64,000 nt of DNA from Stellaceae bacterium. Lineage in GTDB: Bacteria > Pseudomonadota > Alphaproteobacteria > ATCC43930 > CGMCC-115725. The notes beneath the pieces are model-generated. The model was not told where the DNA came from. It saw only the letters and a program-made list of their open reading frames with translations, and did no database searches. The position numbers were made by a program, and so were the translations under genes. Shown here one piece after another: positions 49,049 to 57,678 of the stretch (its first letter is position 1; the number at the start of each line of letters is the position of its first letter). The stretch covers positions 12,772-76,771 of the forward strand of contig JBOHLV010000102.1 of the NCBI GenBank assembly GCA_050729815.1. Reading direction: 5' to 3'.

Positions 49049-50308
49049 ATGAACCGACATCACATCGGCGGCGCCGCGCTGGCCGCGGCCGCACTGTTAT
49101 CGATGACTATCGCCATGCCGATCTCGGCCCAGGCGGCGAAACAGCCGATCAAGATCGGCTTCAGCATGGAGTTGAGCGGGCCGCTTGCGAGTGGCGGCAC
49201 CACGGCGCTTCGCGCGATGAAGATTTGGGAGCACGACATCAACGCCAAGGGCGGCCTCTTGGGCCGGCGGGTGAAGCTCGTCTATTACGACGACCAGAGC
49301 AACCCGGCCAACGTGCCCGGCATTTATGAGAAACTGATCGACGTCGACAAGGTCAATCTCCTCGTATCGTCCTATGGCACCAACCTCATCGCGCCGGCGA
49401 TGCCGGTTGCCATGGAACACAACATGGTCTTCATGACCCTGTTCGGCACCGCGGTGAATAACAAGTTCCATTACGGCAAATATTTCCAGATCCTGCCTAA
49501 CGGCCCGCAGAATGAGCGGGCGGTCGCGCAAGGCTGGTTCGATATCGCGATGTCGATGAATCCGAAGCCGAAAACGGTGGCGCTCGTGGCGGCCGACGCC
49601 GAATATGCCCAGAATGTCATCGGCGGCGCGCGCGAGGTGGTAAAGAAGCTCCCCCTAAAAATCGTCTATGATAAATCCTATCCGCCCTCGACCGTCGACT
49701 ATACGCCGATCATCCGCGCCATCGCGGCAACGCATCCCGACCTGATTTATGCCGCGTCCTATCCGCACGACACGGTGGGCCTGATCAAGGCGGCGCACGA
49801 GGTCGGCCTCAAGACCGAAATGTTCGGCGGCGGCATGATCGGCCTTGCGTTCGCGCCGATTGACCTGGCGCTGGGGCCGCTGATGAACGGTGTTACCGCC
49901 TTCGCCGTCTATGTCCCCGCGAAGACGATGCAGTTCCCCGGCATCAAATCCTTCCTGACGCGCTATCGGAAGATCGCCGGCAAGGCGGACCCATTGGGCT
50001 TCTACCTGCCGCCGTTCGCCTACGCCGAATTGCAGGTGCTCGGCGACGCCGTCAAGGGCGCGGGGTCGCTCAATCAGGATAAGCTCGCCAAATATATCCA
50101 CAGCCACACCTTCCATACCATCGTCGGCAAGGTGACGTTCGCCCCCGACGGCGAGTGGACGAAGACCCGCGCGCTCTTCGTGCAATACCAGGGAATCAAC
50201 AACAGCGGCCTCAAGCAATTCCAGGAACCCGGCCATCAGGTAATTCTCTATCCGCCGAAATTCGTCTCCGGGAAGCTCGAATATCCCTATTCGACCGCCG
50301 CGAAATAG
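49049..50308 (+). CDS. ABC transporter substrate-binding protein (Leu/Ile/Val-binding family), orphan
   Basis: Start at ATG 49049 after GGGAGGG. Signal peptide ...MTIAMPISAQA, then IKIGFSMELSGPLASGG. No permease or ATPase genes are adjacent. Confidence 0.85.
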   Translation: MNRHHIGGAALAAAALLSMTIAMPISAQAAKQPIKIGFSMELSGPLASGGTTALRAMKIWEHDINAKGGLLGRRVKLVYYDDQSNPANVPGIYEKLIDVDKVNLLVSSYGTNLIAPAMPVAMEHNMVFMTLFGTAVNNKFHYGKYFQILPNGPQNERAVAQGWFDIAMSMNPKPKTVALVAADAEYAQNVIGGAREVVKKLPLKIVYDKSYPPSTVDYTPIIRAIAATHPDLIYAASYPHDTVGLIKAAHEVGLKTEMFGGGMIGLAFAPIDLALGPLMNGVTAFAVYVPAKTMQFPGIKSFLTRYRKIAGKADPLGFYLPPFAYAELQVLGDAVKGAGSLNQDKLAKYIHSHTFHTIVGKVTFAPDGEWTKTRALFVQYQGINNSGLKQFQEPGHQVILYPPKFVSGKLEYPYSTAAK

Positions 50309-50326
50309 CGTTGATGCCCCAGCCGC

Positions 50327-50355
50327 CCCTCCGTCCGCCACACGCGGGCGGAGGG
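50327..50355 (+). terminator. GC-rich hairpin downstream of the binding-protein gene (possible intrinsic terminator without U-tract)
   Basis: CCCTCCGTCCGC / loop CACAC / GCGGGCGGAGGG gives 12 bp including one G-U pair, 19 nt after the stop codon. Confidence 0.3.
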
Positions 50356-50428
50356 TGGCGGGGTTGACGGCAAGCGCGTTACCGCTTACCTAAATTTTGC
50401 GATTCCATAAGTATTCCAATTTGCCGCC

Positions 50429-50953
50429 ATGACCGTGCTATCGATTATCACCGCGCCCGATCCACGCCTCAAGATCAAGGCGAGGGCGGTCGCCCGCGTC
50501 GACGACGAAGTGCGCCGGCTGATGGATGATATGATTGAGACCATGTATGCCGCGCCGGGCATCGGCCTTGCCGCGCCGCAGGTCGGCGTGGAGCGGCGCG
50601 TCATTGTCCTCGATATCGCGCGTGAGGGCGAGCCGCCGCAGCCCTTGTGCATCGCCAATCCCGAGCTGCTTTGGGTTTCGGATGAGTTGACGCAGCAGAG
50701 CGAAGGCTGCCTGTCGCTGCCCGAGCAATATGCGGATGTCGAGCGACCGAACCGCATCCGCCTGCGCTATCTTGATCATCAAGACGAAATCCGCGAACTC
50801 GAGGCGGAGGGCCTCTTGGCCACTTGCATCCAGCACGAGATGGATCATCTCGACGGCGTCTTGTTCGTCGATCACATCTCGGCCCTGAAGCGCAACATCA
50901 TCCTGCGCAAGCTTGCCAAGGCAAAACGCCAGAACACGCCAGTCCCGGCTTGA
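50429..50953 (+). CDS. def: peptide deformylase
   Basis: GIGLAAPQVG, EGCLS and HEMDH motifs are all present. Confidence 0.95.
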   Translation: MTVLSIITAPDPRLKIKARAVARVDDEVRRLMDDMIETMYAAPGIGLAAPQVGVERRVIVLDIAREGEPPQPLCIANPELLWVSDELTQQSEGCLSLPEQYADVERPNRIRLRYLDHQDEIRELEAEGLLATCIQHEMDHLDGVLFVDHISALKRNIILRKLAKAKRQNTPVPA

Positions 50954-51068
50954 CGGACCTTTCCCGCCAAGCCTCGAACCGTTCCGCATTTTCCGTCTTG
51001 GTATCTTGGCGTCTTGGTGGTTCAAATGTGGCTCCGATAGCATGTACCAACGGCGACGAGGACAGCAC

Positions 51069-51797
51069 ATGCGTTACGAGCTCTATTACTGGCCGGGCCT
51101 TCCGGGCCGCGGCGAATTCGTCCGGCTCGCACTTGAGGAGGCCGATGCCGACTATGCCGATGTCGCGCGCGGCAATGCGGCCGAGACTGGCGGCATGCCA
51201 ACGATGATGGCGGCGCTCGCCGGCAAGGACAGCGCGACCCCACCCTTCGCGCCGCCGTTCCTGAAAGCCGGCCGCCTCGTCATCGCGCAGACCGCGAACA
51301 TCCTCATGTTTCTCGGCGAGAAGCACGGCCTTGCGCCGGCGATGGATGCGGGACGGCTGTTTGCCAACCAGCTCCAGCTCACCGTCATCGATTTTCTCAA
51401 GGAAATCCACGACACCCATCATCCCCTCGCCGCCAGCCTTTATTACGAGGACCAGAAGGTGGAGGCGAAGCGCTATACCGAAATGTTCTTGAAGGAGCGC
51501 CTGTCCAAATATCTCGGTTATTTCGAGCGGGTGCTGGCCCAAAATCCACGCGGCGACAAATGGCTTGTCGGCGCCCGGCTCACCTATTCCGATCTCTCCA
51601 TGTTTCAGCTCGTCGAGGGGCTGCGTTATGCCTTCCCCAATGCGATGAAGCGCCAGACGCGGCGTACCCCGCTCCTCACCGCGCTCCACGACCGGGTGGC
51701 GGAGCGACCGCGGATCGCGCGCTATCTTGCAAGCCCGCACCGCATGCCGTTCAATGATTCGGGCGTCTTCCGCCACTATCCCGAACTTGACGCGTGA
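51069..51797 (+). CDS. glutathione S-transferase-family protein
   Basis: Start at ATG 51069 (MRYELYYWPGLPGRGEFVRLALEE) after a GAGGA RBS. GST-like N- and C-terminal domains. Confidence 0.75.
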   Translation: MRYELYYWPGLPGRGEFVRLALEEADADYADVARGNAAETGGMPTMMAALAGKDSATPPFAPPFLKAGRLVIAQTANILMFLGEKHGLAPAMDAGRLFANQLQLTVIDFLKEIHDTHHPLAASLYYEDQKVEAKRYTEMFLKERLSKYLGYFERVLAQNPRGDKWLVGARLTYSDLSMFQLVEGLRYAFPNAMKRQTRRTPLLTALHDRVAERPRIARYLASPHRMPFNDSGVFRHYPELDA

Positions 51798-51801
51798 GCC
51801 G

Positions 51802-53355
51802 TCAGTCGAGCGCTACCACCGGTTGCGAGACGGCGCCACCCGGAATCGCTGCTCCCTTGCGTAGGAGGAAGATGAAGGGCAGGCACGCCACCGTCAGGAT
51901 CAGCATCAGCTTGAAGACATCGACATAGCCGATCATCGCCGCCTGGCGCGTTACCTCGGCGTTGATCGCGGCAAGGCCGGCGGTCGAATTGAGGTTCCAG
52001 AACTGGCTGATGATCGGCAAATGGAACGCCTGTGCGAACGGCGTCACATGGGTGGCGAGATCGGCGTGGCTGATCTGAGTCTTCTGGACGAGGAAGCTCT
52101 CGGCGAACGAGATGCCGATGCTGCCGGCGACGTTGCGCACGAGATTGAACACCGCCGTGCCCTCGTTACGAAATTGCGGTGCGAGCGTGACAAAGGCGAT
52201 CGCGGTCAAGGGCGGGAAGATGAAGCCCATGCCGCAGCCCTGAACCAAGCTTGAAATGATGATGAGCCGGTCGTCCATGCCGAGCGCGTAGCTCGCCATC
52301 TGCCATTGCGCCAGCGCCATCATCGCGAAGCCGAAGAACAGCATCAGTCGCGAATCCAGCTTGCCGGTGAGGCGGCCGACAATCAGCATCGCGACCATGG
52401 TAGCGGCGCCGCGCGGCATCATCAGCCAACCGGCGCCGAATGCGGTATATTGCATCAGCCCCTGGAGCAGCGGCGGCAGCAATGCCATCGTCGACATCAG
52501 AATCATGCCGAGGATGGTCATAAACAACAGGCCCGAGGCGAAGTTTCGGTCCTTCAGCAGGACCGGTTGCAGGAACGGATGCTTCGCCATGGTGACATAG
52601 ACGCCGAACACCCAGAAGCAACACAGGGCGACGGCACCCTCAATGACGATTTCCGGCGAACTGAACCAGTCCTGCTGCTGGCCGCGATCGAGCATCAGTT
52701 GGAGCGAGGCGATGCCGATGCTGAGAAGCGCAAAGCCCTTGAAGTCGAACGGTCGGTGACGGCCACCCTCGCCGCCGGGCATGAAAAGCTGAGTGCCGAA
52801 GAAGGCCAGAACGCCAACCGGCATATTGATATAGAACACCCATCGCCAGGAATAATGGTCGGTGATCCAGCCGCCCAGCGTCGGCCCCAGGATCGGCGCC
52901 ACCATGATGCCGGCGCCCCAGATCGCCATCGCCTGACCGATCTTTTCCTTGGGGTTTATGTCGAGCAAGATCGATTGCGCCATCGGCACCAGCGCCGCGC
53001 CGAAGAGGCCCTGGATGAAGCGAAACACCACGATCTCGCCAAGTCCGGTCGCCATGCCACACAGCGCCGAGGCGACGGTGAAGCCAATGACCGATATCTG
53101 CACCACTGCCTTGCGGCCGAACCTGTCGCCCAGCCAACCGGAAAGCGGCGTCGCGATCGCGGCGGCGACGATATAAGACGTCAGTACCCAGGCGATCTGG
53201 TCCTGGCTCGCCGACAATGAGCCCTGCATGTGCGGCAGCGCGACGTTGGCGATCGTGGTGTCGAGCATCTGCATGGTCGTCGATAGCATCAACGACACGG
53301 TGAGAAGCCCCCGATTAGGTACCTCGAGGTTGGGTTTGCTGACCGCGGCGGCCAT
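51802..53355 (-). CDS. MFS drug efflux transporter, DHA2 (EmrB/QacA) family
   Basis: 517 aa, about 14 TM segments. NVALPHMQGSLSAS...GWLGDRFGRK motifs. Confidence 0.85.
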   Translation of the reverse strand: MAAAVSKPNLEVPNRGLLTVSLMLSTTMQMLDTTIANVALPHMQGSLSASQDQIAWVLTSYIVAAAIATPLSGWLGDRFGRKAVVQISVIGFTVASALCGMATGLGEIVVFRFIQGLFGAALVPMAQSILLDINPKEKIGQAMAIWGAGIMVAPILGPTLGGWITDHYSWRWVFYINMPVGVLAFFGTQLFMPGGEGGRHRPFDFKGFALLSIGIASLQLMLDRGQQQDWFSSPEIVIEGAVALCCFWVFGVYVTMAKHPFLQPVLLKDRNFASGLLFMTILGMILMSTMALLPPLLQGLMQYTAFGAGWLMMPRGAATMVAMLIVGRLTGKLDSRLMLFFGFAMMALAQWQMASYALGMDDRLIIISSLVQGCGMGFIFPPLTAIAFVTLAPQFRNEGTAVFNLVRNVAGSIGISFAESFLVQKTQISHADLATHVTPFAQAFHLPIISQFWNLNSTAGLAAINAEVTRQAAMIGYVDVFKLMLILTVACLPFIFLLRKGAAIPGGAVSQPVVALD

Positions 53356-53371
53356 GAGGTGGATTAATTGA

Positions 53372-54505
53372 TCAGCCGGTGCCGAAGAAGCGCTGAATAT
53401 CGGCCCACAGCGGATTGACGTGACCGGTATCGACCTCGACCGTCGCGCTCATCCCGGCGCGCAGCGGACGGGTGGGATCGGGATTGTTGATCTCGATCCG
53501 TACCGGCAGACGCTGTACCACCTTCACCCAGTTGCCAGTCGCGTTCTGCGCCGGCAGGACCGAAAATTCGTTGCCGGTGCCGGGGCTGAGGCTCGCCACG
53601 CGCCCTTTGAAAGTCTTGTCGGGATAGGCATCGACATAGACCGAGACCGGCTGGCCTACCCGCATATGGGTGAGCTGGGTTTCCTTGAAATTGGCGTCGA
53701 TCCAGACATGGTCGGTCCCGACCAGCGCGAAGGCCGGGCGCGCCGGGGTGATATAGGTGCCGATCGGTAGCTTGCTGACCAGGGTCACGGTGCCGTTCTC
53801 CGGCGCCCGCACCACGGTGTCGCCGAGATTGATCTGCGCCAGGGCGAGGGCGGCTTTCGCCTGCTGAACCTCGGGATGCTGGTCGACAGGCAGATCGGGC
53901 TTGCCGCCCAGCCCCGCGAGCGCGGCCGCGACCCCTTGGTCGGCGGTCGCGACCTGTGCCTTCGCGACATCGAGGGCGTGGCGCGCCTGGTCGAACTTGG
54001 CCTGGCTTACGGTGTGCGAACTGAGCAGGCGCTGTTCGCGGTTATATTCGCGCTGCGTCCAGGCGAGAGTATCGCGCGCCGCCTGCTGCTGCGACAACTG
54101 GCCGCGATAGCTCGCCCGCAATTGCGCAATCCTGAGCCGCGCGCCTTCGAGCGCCGCCTTCGCCTTGTCGCGGTCGGCAAGGAAGGTCGCCGGGTCGAGA
54201 CGGAACAGCACCTGTCCCTTTTTGATGTATTCGTTGTCGCGAATCGGCACGGCAATGACGCGGCCGGCAACATCGGCCGAGACCTGAAGCACATCGGCCT
54301 GGGCATAGGAATCATCGGTCGATTCATAACGGCCCGAGGTCAGATACCACCAGCCGCCGCCAATGATGACGGCGATCGGCACGATGAACATTAAAATGAG
54401 CCGGAGCCAGCGCCGCCGCGCCGGCTGCGTCACGGCTTCTTCCGGTACGGCGCCGGGACGCGGGCGGGTCGGGGCCTGACGTAGGGTTTCGGTCGAAGAA
54501 CTCAT
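53372..54505 (-). CDS. HlyD-family efflux periplasmic adaptor (EmrA-like)
   Basis: 377 aa with a single N-terminal TM, the YESTDDSYAQADVLQVSADVAGRV lipoyl-like hairpin and a long coiled-coil. Confidence 0.85.
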   Translation of the reverse strand: MSSSTETLRQAPTRPRPGAVPEEAVTQPARRRWLRLILMFIVPIAVIIGGGWWYLTSGRYESTDDSYAQADVLQVSADVAGRVIAVPIRDNEYIKKGQVLFRLDPATFLADRDKAKAALEGARLRIAQLRASYRGQLSQQQAARDTLAWTQREYNREQRLLSSHTVSQAKFDQARHALDVAKAQVATADQGVAAALAGLGGKPDLPVDQHPEVQQAKAALALAQINLGDTVVRAPENGTVTLVSKLPIGTYITPARPAFALVGTDHVWIDANFKETQLTHMRVGQPVSVYVDAYPDKTFKGRVASLSPGTGNEFSVLPAQNATGNWVKVVQRLPVRIEINNPDPTRPLRAGMSATVEVDTGHVNPLWADIQRFFGTG

Positions 54506-54972
54506 GATTCGCTATCCATCAGTTCGCTCGTGCGCAAGCCGCGCTCCGTCAGGTTCGCGCGAATCCGCACCAATAGGTCCAATAACTCGTCACGATCGAC
54601 GGTGCTAAGGCCGTAGAAGAATTCCTCTTGTAAGGTCTGTGCGACCTTTTCAAGCTGCGACATCATCGGACCGGTTCGCTCGGAAATGTAAAGGCGATGC
54701 ACCCGCCGATCGGCGGCATCGGCGCGCCGCTCGACGCAGCCGGCTTCCTCCATGCGGTCGATCAGGCGGCCGACGGTGATCGGTTCGAGATCGAGCGCCT
54801 CGGCCAGCGCCGCTTGATTGATGCCTTCATGGTGGCGCAACACGACAAGCGCCTGCCATTGCGCCCGGGTGAGGCCGAAGGCACGCGCACGCGCATCGAA
54901 CCGCTTGCGCATCAGCCGCGCAATGTCGTTCACCAGAAAGCCGAAACGGCGTTCGTCGGGCAGGGTTTCCAT
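54502..54972 (-). CDS. MarR-family transcriptional regulator (first gene of the efflux operon)
   Basis: 156 aa. LTRAQWQALVVLRHHEGINQAALAEALDLEPITVGRLIDRMEEAGCVERRADAADRR. Confidence 0.85.
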   Translation of the reverse strand: METLPDERRFGFLVNDIARLMRKRFDARARAFGLTRAQWQALVVLRHHEGINQAALAEALDLEPITVGRLIDRMEEAGCVERRADAADRRVHRLYISERTGPMMSQLEKVAQTLQEEFFYGLSTVDRDELLDLLVRIRANLTERGLRTSELMDSES

Positions 54973-54988
54973 GGCGCCGTCTTATATA

Positions 54989-55017
54989 ATAAGCATGCTT
55001 ATGATAAGCGTATTTAT
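54989..55017. promoter_or_regulatory. candidate MarR operator: perfect 14-bp palindrome ATAAGCATGCTTAT followed by a related imperfect copy
   Basis: The palindrome (54989-55002) lies 17 nt upstream of the marR ATG in an AT-rich patch. The second element, GATAAGCGTATTTAT, is at 55003-55017. Confidence 0.4.
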
Positions 55018-55231
55018 TTTCGCGCCGCTGCCATACGGGAATCGGGGTTGACCGCTTGTTGCGGCGCACAATCGCTCGCCATGGGGTCGCGGCAGGCGTA
55101 ATCTCGCCCAGCCGAACAGGGAGCGAGCATGGCCGACACCTACAACGACGCGGGAAGCCACCGGCAGGGCGGTAAGCCATCCAGCGGCTCCGCGGCGCTG
55201 GTGCCGGAACAGGCCGACGGAAGGGTAAAGC

Positions 55232-56209
55232 ATGGAATATGTCAGACTTGGCAAGACTGGCCTTGAGGTCTCGCGCATCTGTCTTGGCTGCATGACCTTC
55301 GCGATTCCGGGCCGCGGCGATCGCCCCTGGACGCTCGATGAGGAGCACAGCCGCCCGATCATCCGCCAGGCGCTCGAGCTCGGGATCAATTTCTTCGACA
55401 CCGCGAACGTCTATGCCGAAGGCTCGTCAGAGGAGATCACCGGCCGCGCCTTGAAGGATTTCGCCCGCCGCGAGGAAGTAGTGCTCGCGACCAAGGTCCA
55501 TGGCCGGATGCGGCCTGGTCCCAATGGCGCCGGCCTATCGCGCAAGGCGATCCTGGCGCAGATCGATGCGAGCCTCAAGCGCCTCGGCACCGATTATGTC
55601 GATCTCTATCAGATTCACCGCTTCGATCCGAAGACGCCGATCGAGGAGACGCTGGAGGCGCTCCACGATGTCGTAAAGGCTGGTAAGACGCGCTATATCG
55701 GCGCCTCTTCGATGCATGCCTGGCAGTTCGCGAAGATGCTCCATGTCGCACGCGCGAATGGCTGGACGCGGTTCGTCGCGATGCAGGACCATGTCAATCT
55801 CTTGAACCGCGAGGAGGAGCGCGAAATGCTGCCGCTCTGCCGTGACGAGGGCATCGGCGTCATTCCGTGGAGCCCCTTGGCGCGCGGCCGCCTGACCCGC
55901 ACCGCCGCGGACACCAGCAACCGCCAGGAAACCGACGCTTTCGGCAAGAATCTTTATATGCAGTATGAGGCGGACAAGGCGGTGATCGCAGCGGTCGGCC
56001 GGGTCGCGGCGGCACGCGGGGTGACGCGGGCGACGATTGCGCTTGCCTGGCTCCTCCGGAAGTCCGTCATCACCGCGCCGATCATCGGTGCAGCGCGGCC
56101 GAATCATCTGCCGGAAGCGGTGGCGGCCGTCGGGATGTCGCTGACGGAGGAGGAGATCGCGACGCTTGAAGCGCCCTATGTGCCGCATCCTTATGTCGGC
56201 TACCAATGA
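55232..56209 (+). CDS. aldo/keto reductase
   Basis: MEYVRLGKTGLEVSRICLGCMTF, FFDTANVY and the GASSM pattern are typical of the AKR family. Confidence 0.9.
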   Translation: MEYVRLGKTGLEVSRICLGCMTFAIPGRGDRPWTLDEEHSRPIIRQALELGINFFDTANVYAEGSSEEITGRALKDFARREEVVLATKVHGRMRPGPNGAGLSRKAILAQIDASLKRLGTDYVDLYQIHRFDPKTPIEETLEALHDVVKAGKTRYIGASSMHAWQFAKMLHVARANGWTRFVAMQDHVNLLNREEEREMLPLCRDEGIGVIPWSPLARGRLTRTAADTSNRQETDAFGKNLYMQYEADKAVIAAVGRVAAARGVTRATIALAWLLRKSVITAPIIGAARPNHLPEAVAAVGMSLTEEEIATLEAPYVPHPYVGYQ

Positions 56210-56332
56210 CCCGCTCGATCCATCGCGCCTTGTCGTCCGAGGGCTGGTTTTGATATTGTCTCGGCAACGATCGTAACTGGCGGCGCGTCCGAGGCACGTC
56301 GCGCGGGATACTGAAACAAACGGGAGGTATAG

Positions 56333-57577
56333 ATGGCTGATCGGATTCTCACCACGCATGTCGGGAGCCTGCCGCGCCCACAGAAGCTGCTCGACATCAC
56401 GCAAAGGCGGACTCTGGGCGAGCAATTCGACCAAGCCGCGCTCGATCGCGAGCTGAAAGATGCCGTTGCCGATGTCGTCCGCCGGCAGAAAGAGGTCGGC
56501 GTGGACCTCATCAATGACGGCGAAGTCGGCCACACGGTGGGCTGGGCCTATGATTACGGCGCCTGGTGGTCCTATGTGGTGAAGCGGCTGGGGGGCGTCG
56601 AAGCCGTCCCGATCAGCCTGTGGGCCACGACCTTGTCGGTACACACCAAGGCACCGATGGCGCCGAAGGATTTCGTCGTCGGCGCCTGGATCGATCGCCG
56701 GGACATGTCGCGGTTCGGGGACGCCTATATGGATCCGCATTCGGGTTGCGGGCTGCCCGAGCAGTTCATGACCAACAACAGCCCCCTGGTGAAAGGCCCC
56801 GTCACCTACAAGGGTCATGCCGAGATCAAGCGTGACATCGACAATTTCAAGGCCGGCCTCAAGGCGGCCGGGCTCGGCACCGAGGGCGCGTGGATGAACG
56901 CGATCGCGCCCGCGAGTTGCGCGCGCATGCCGAACGAGCACTACAAGACCGAGGAAGAACTGCTCTATGCCTGTGCCGATGCGATGCACGAGGAATACAA
57001 GGCCATCATCGATGCCGGGCTGATCGTTCAGCTCGACGACCCGGCGATCGGGGAAAACTGGGACCAGCAGAAGGAGGACCCCAGCATCGAGGGCTATCGG
57101 CGCTATACCAAGATGCAGATCGACGCGCTCAATCACGCGATCAAGGGGCTGCCGTCCGACAAGATCCGCTTCCATCTGTGCTGGGGAAGCTGGCATGGCC
57201 CCCATAGCACCGACTTCCCGATGAAGCATCTCGTGGATCTGATGCTGGCGATCAATTGCGACCAATACTCCTTCGAGGCCGCCAACGTCCGCCACGAGCA
57301 TGAGTGGAAGGTGTGGCAGACCGTCAAGTTGCCCGCCGGCAAGAAAATCCTGCCCGGCGTCGTCAGCCATTCGACCAATCTTATCGAGGACCCCGAACTG
57401 GTCGCGGACCGGATTTGCCGTTTCGCCGAGGCTGTCGGTCGTGATAATGTCATTGCCTCGACCGATTGTGGGCTTGGCGGCCGCGTCCATCCCCAAATCG
57501 CCTGGGCGAAGCTCAAGGCGATGTCGGAGGGAGCAGCGCTTGCGACGAAACGCCTGTGGCAGCGCGCGGCGGCGTAA
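56333..57577 (+). CDS. cobalamin-independent methionine synthase II-family protein (MetE-like)
   Basis: ILTTHVGSLPRP N-terminus and Zn-ligand-type motifs FHLCWGSWHG and STDCGLGG. GGGAGG RBS upstream. Confidence 0.75.
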   Translation: MADRILTTHVGSLPRPQKLLDITQRRTLGEQFDQAALDRELKDAVADVVRRQKEVGVDLINDGEVGHTVGWAYDYGAWWSYVVKRLGGVEAVPISLWATTLSVHTKAPMAPKDFVVGAWIDRRDMSRFGDAYMDPHSGCGLPEQFMTNNSPLVKGPVTYKGHAEIKRDIDNFKAGLKAAGLGTEGAWMNAIAPASCARMPNEHYKTEEELLYACADAMHEEYKAIIDAGLIVQLDDPAIGENWDQQKEDPSIEGYRRYTKMQIDALNHAIKGLPSDKIRFHLCWGSWHGPHSTDFPMKHLVDLMLAINCDQYSFEAANVRHEHEWKVWQTVKLPAGKKILPGVVSHSTNLIEDPELVADRICRFAEAVGRDNVIASTDCGLGGRVHPQIAWAKLKAMSEGAALATKRLWQRAAA

Positions 57578-57678
57578 GCCTGGCTGCTTGGTAACGGATT
57601 CGCCCGCACCGGCGGGTTGGCGCCGCGGCGGACCGGTTGCATAATGCCGGCTTCCGCCGTGGCGAACTGTTGTGGTCC

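Noticed and set aside
55129-55266. 45-codon ORF (MADTYNDAGSHRQGGKPSSGS...) with a GGGAG RBS, overlapping the start of the aldo/keto reductase gene.
   Set aside because: It could be a leader peptide or a small stress protein. However, it is short, I cannot show any conservation, and it has only a vague resemblance to KGG-type stress motifs. There is not enough evidence to call it.
56245-56259. TGGTTTTGATATTGT upstream of the second MetE-like gene, considered as a sigma-54 -24/-12 promoter because rpoN is nearby.
   Set aside because: The invariant GC of the -12 element is GT here and the -24 element is TGGT, not TGGC. Other near-matches (33310s, 45090s, 48990s) also fail the GG-N10-GC spacing.
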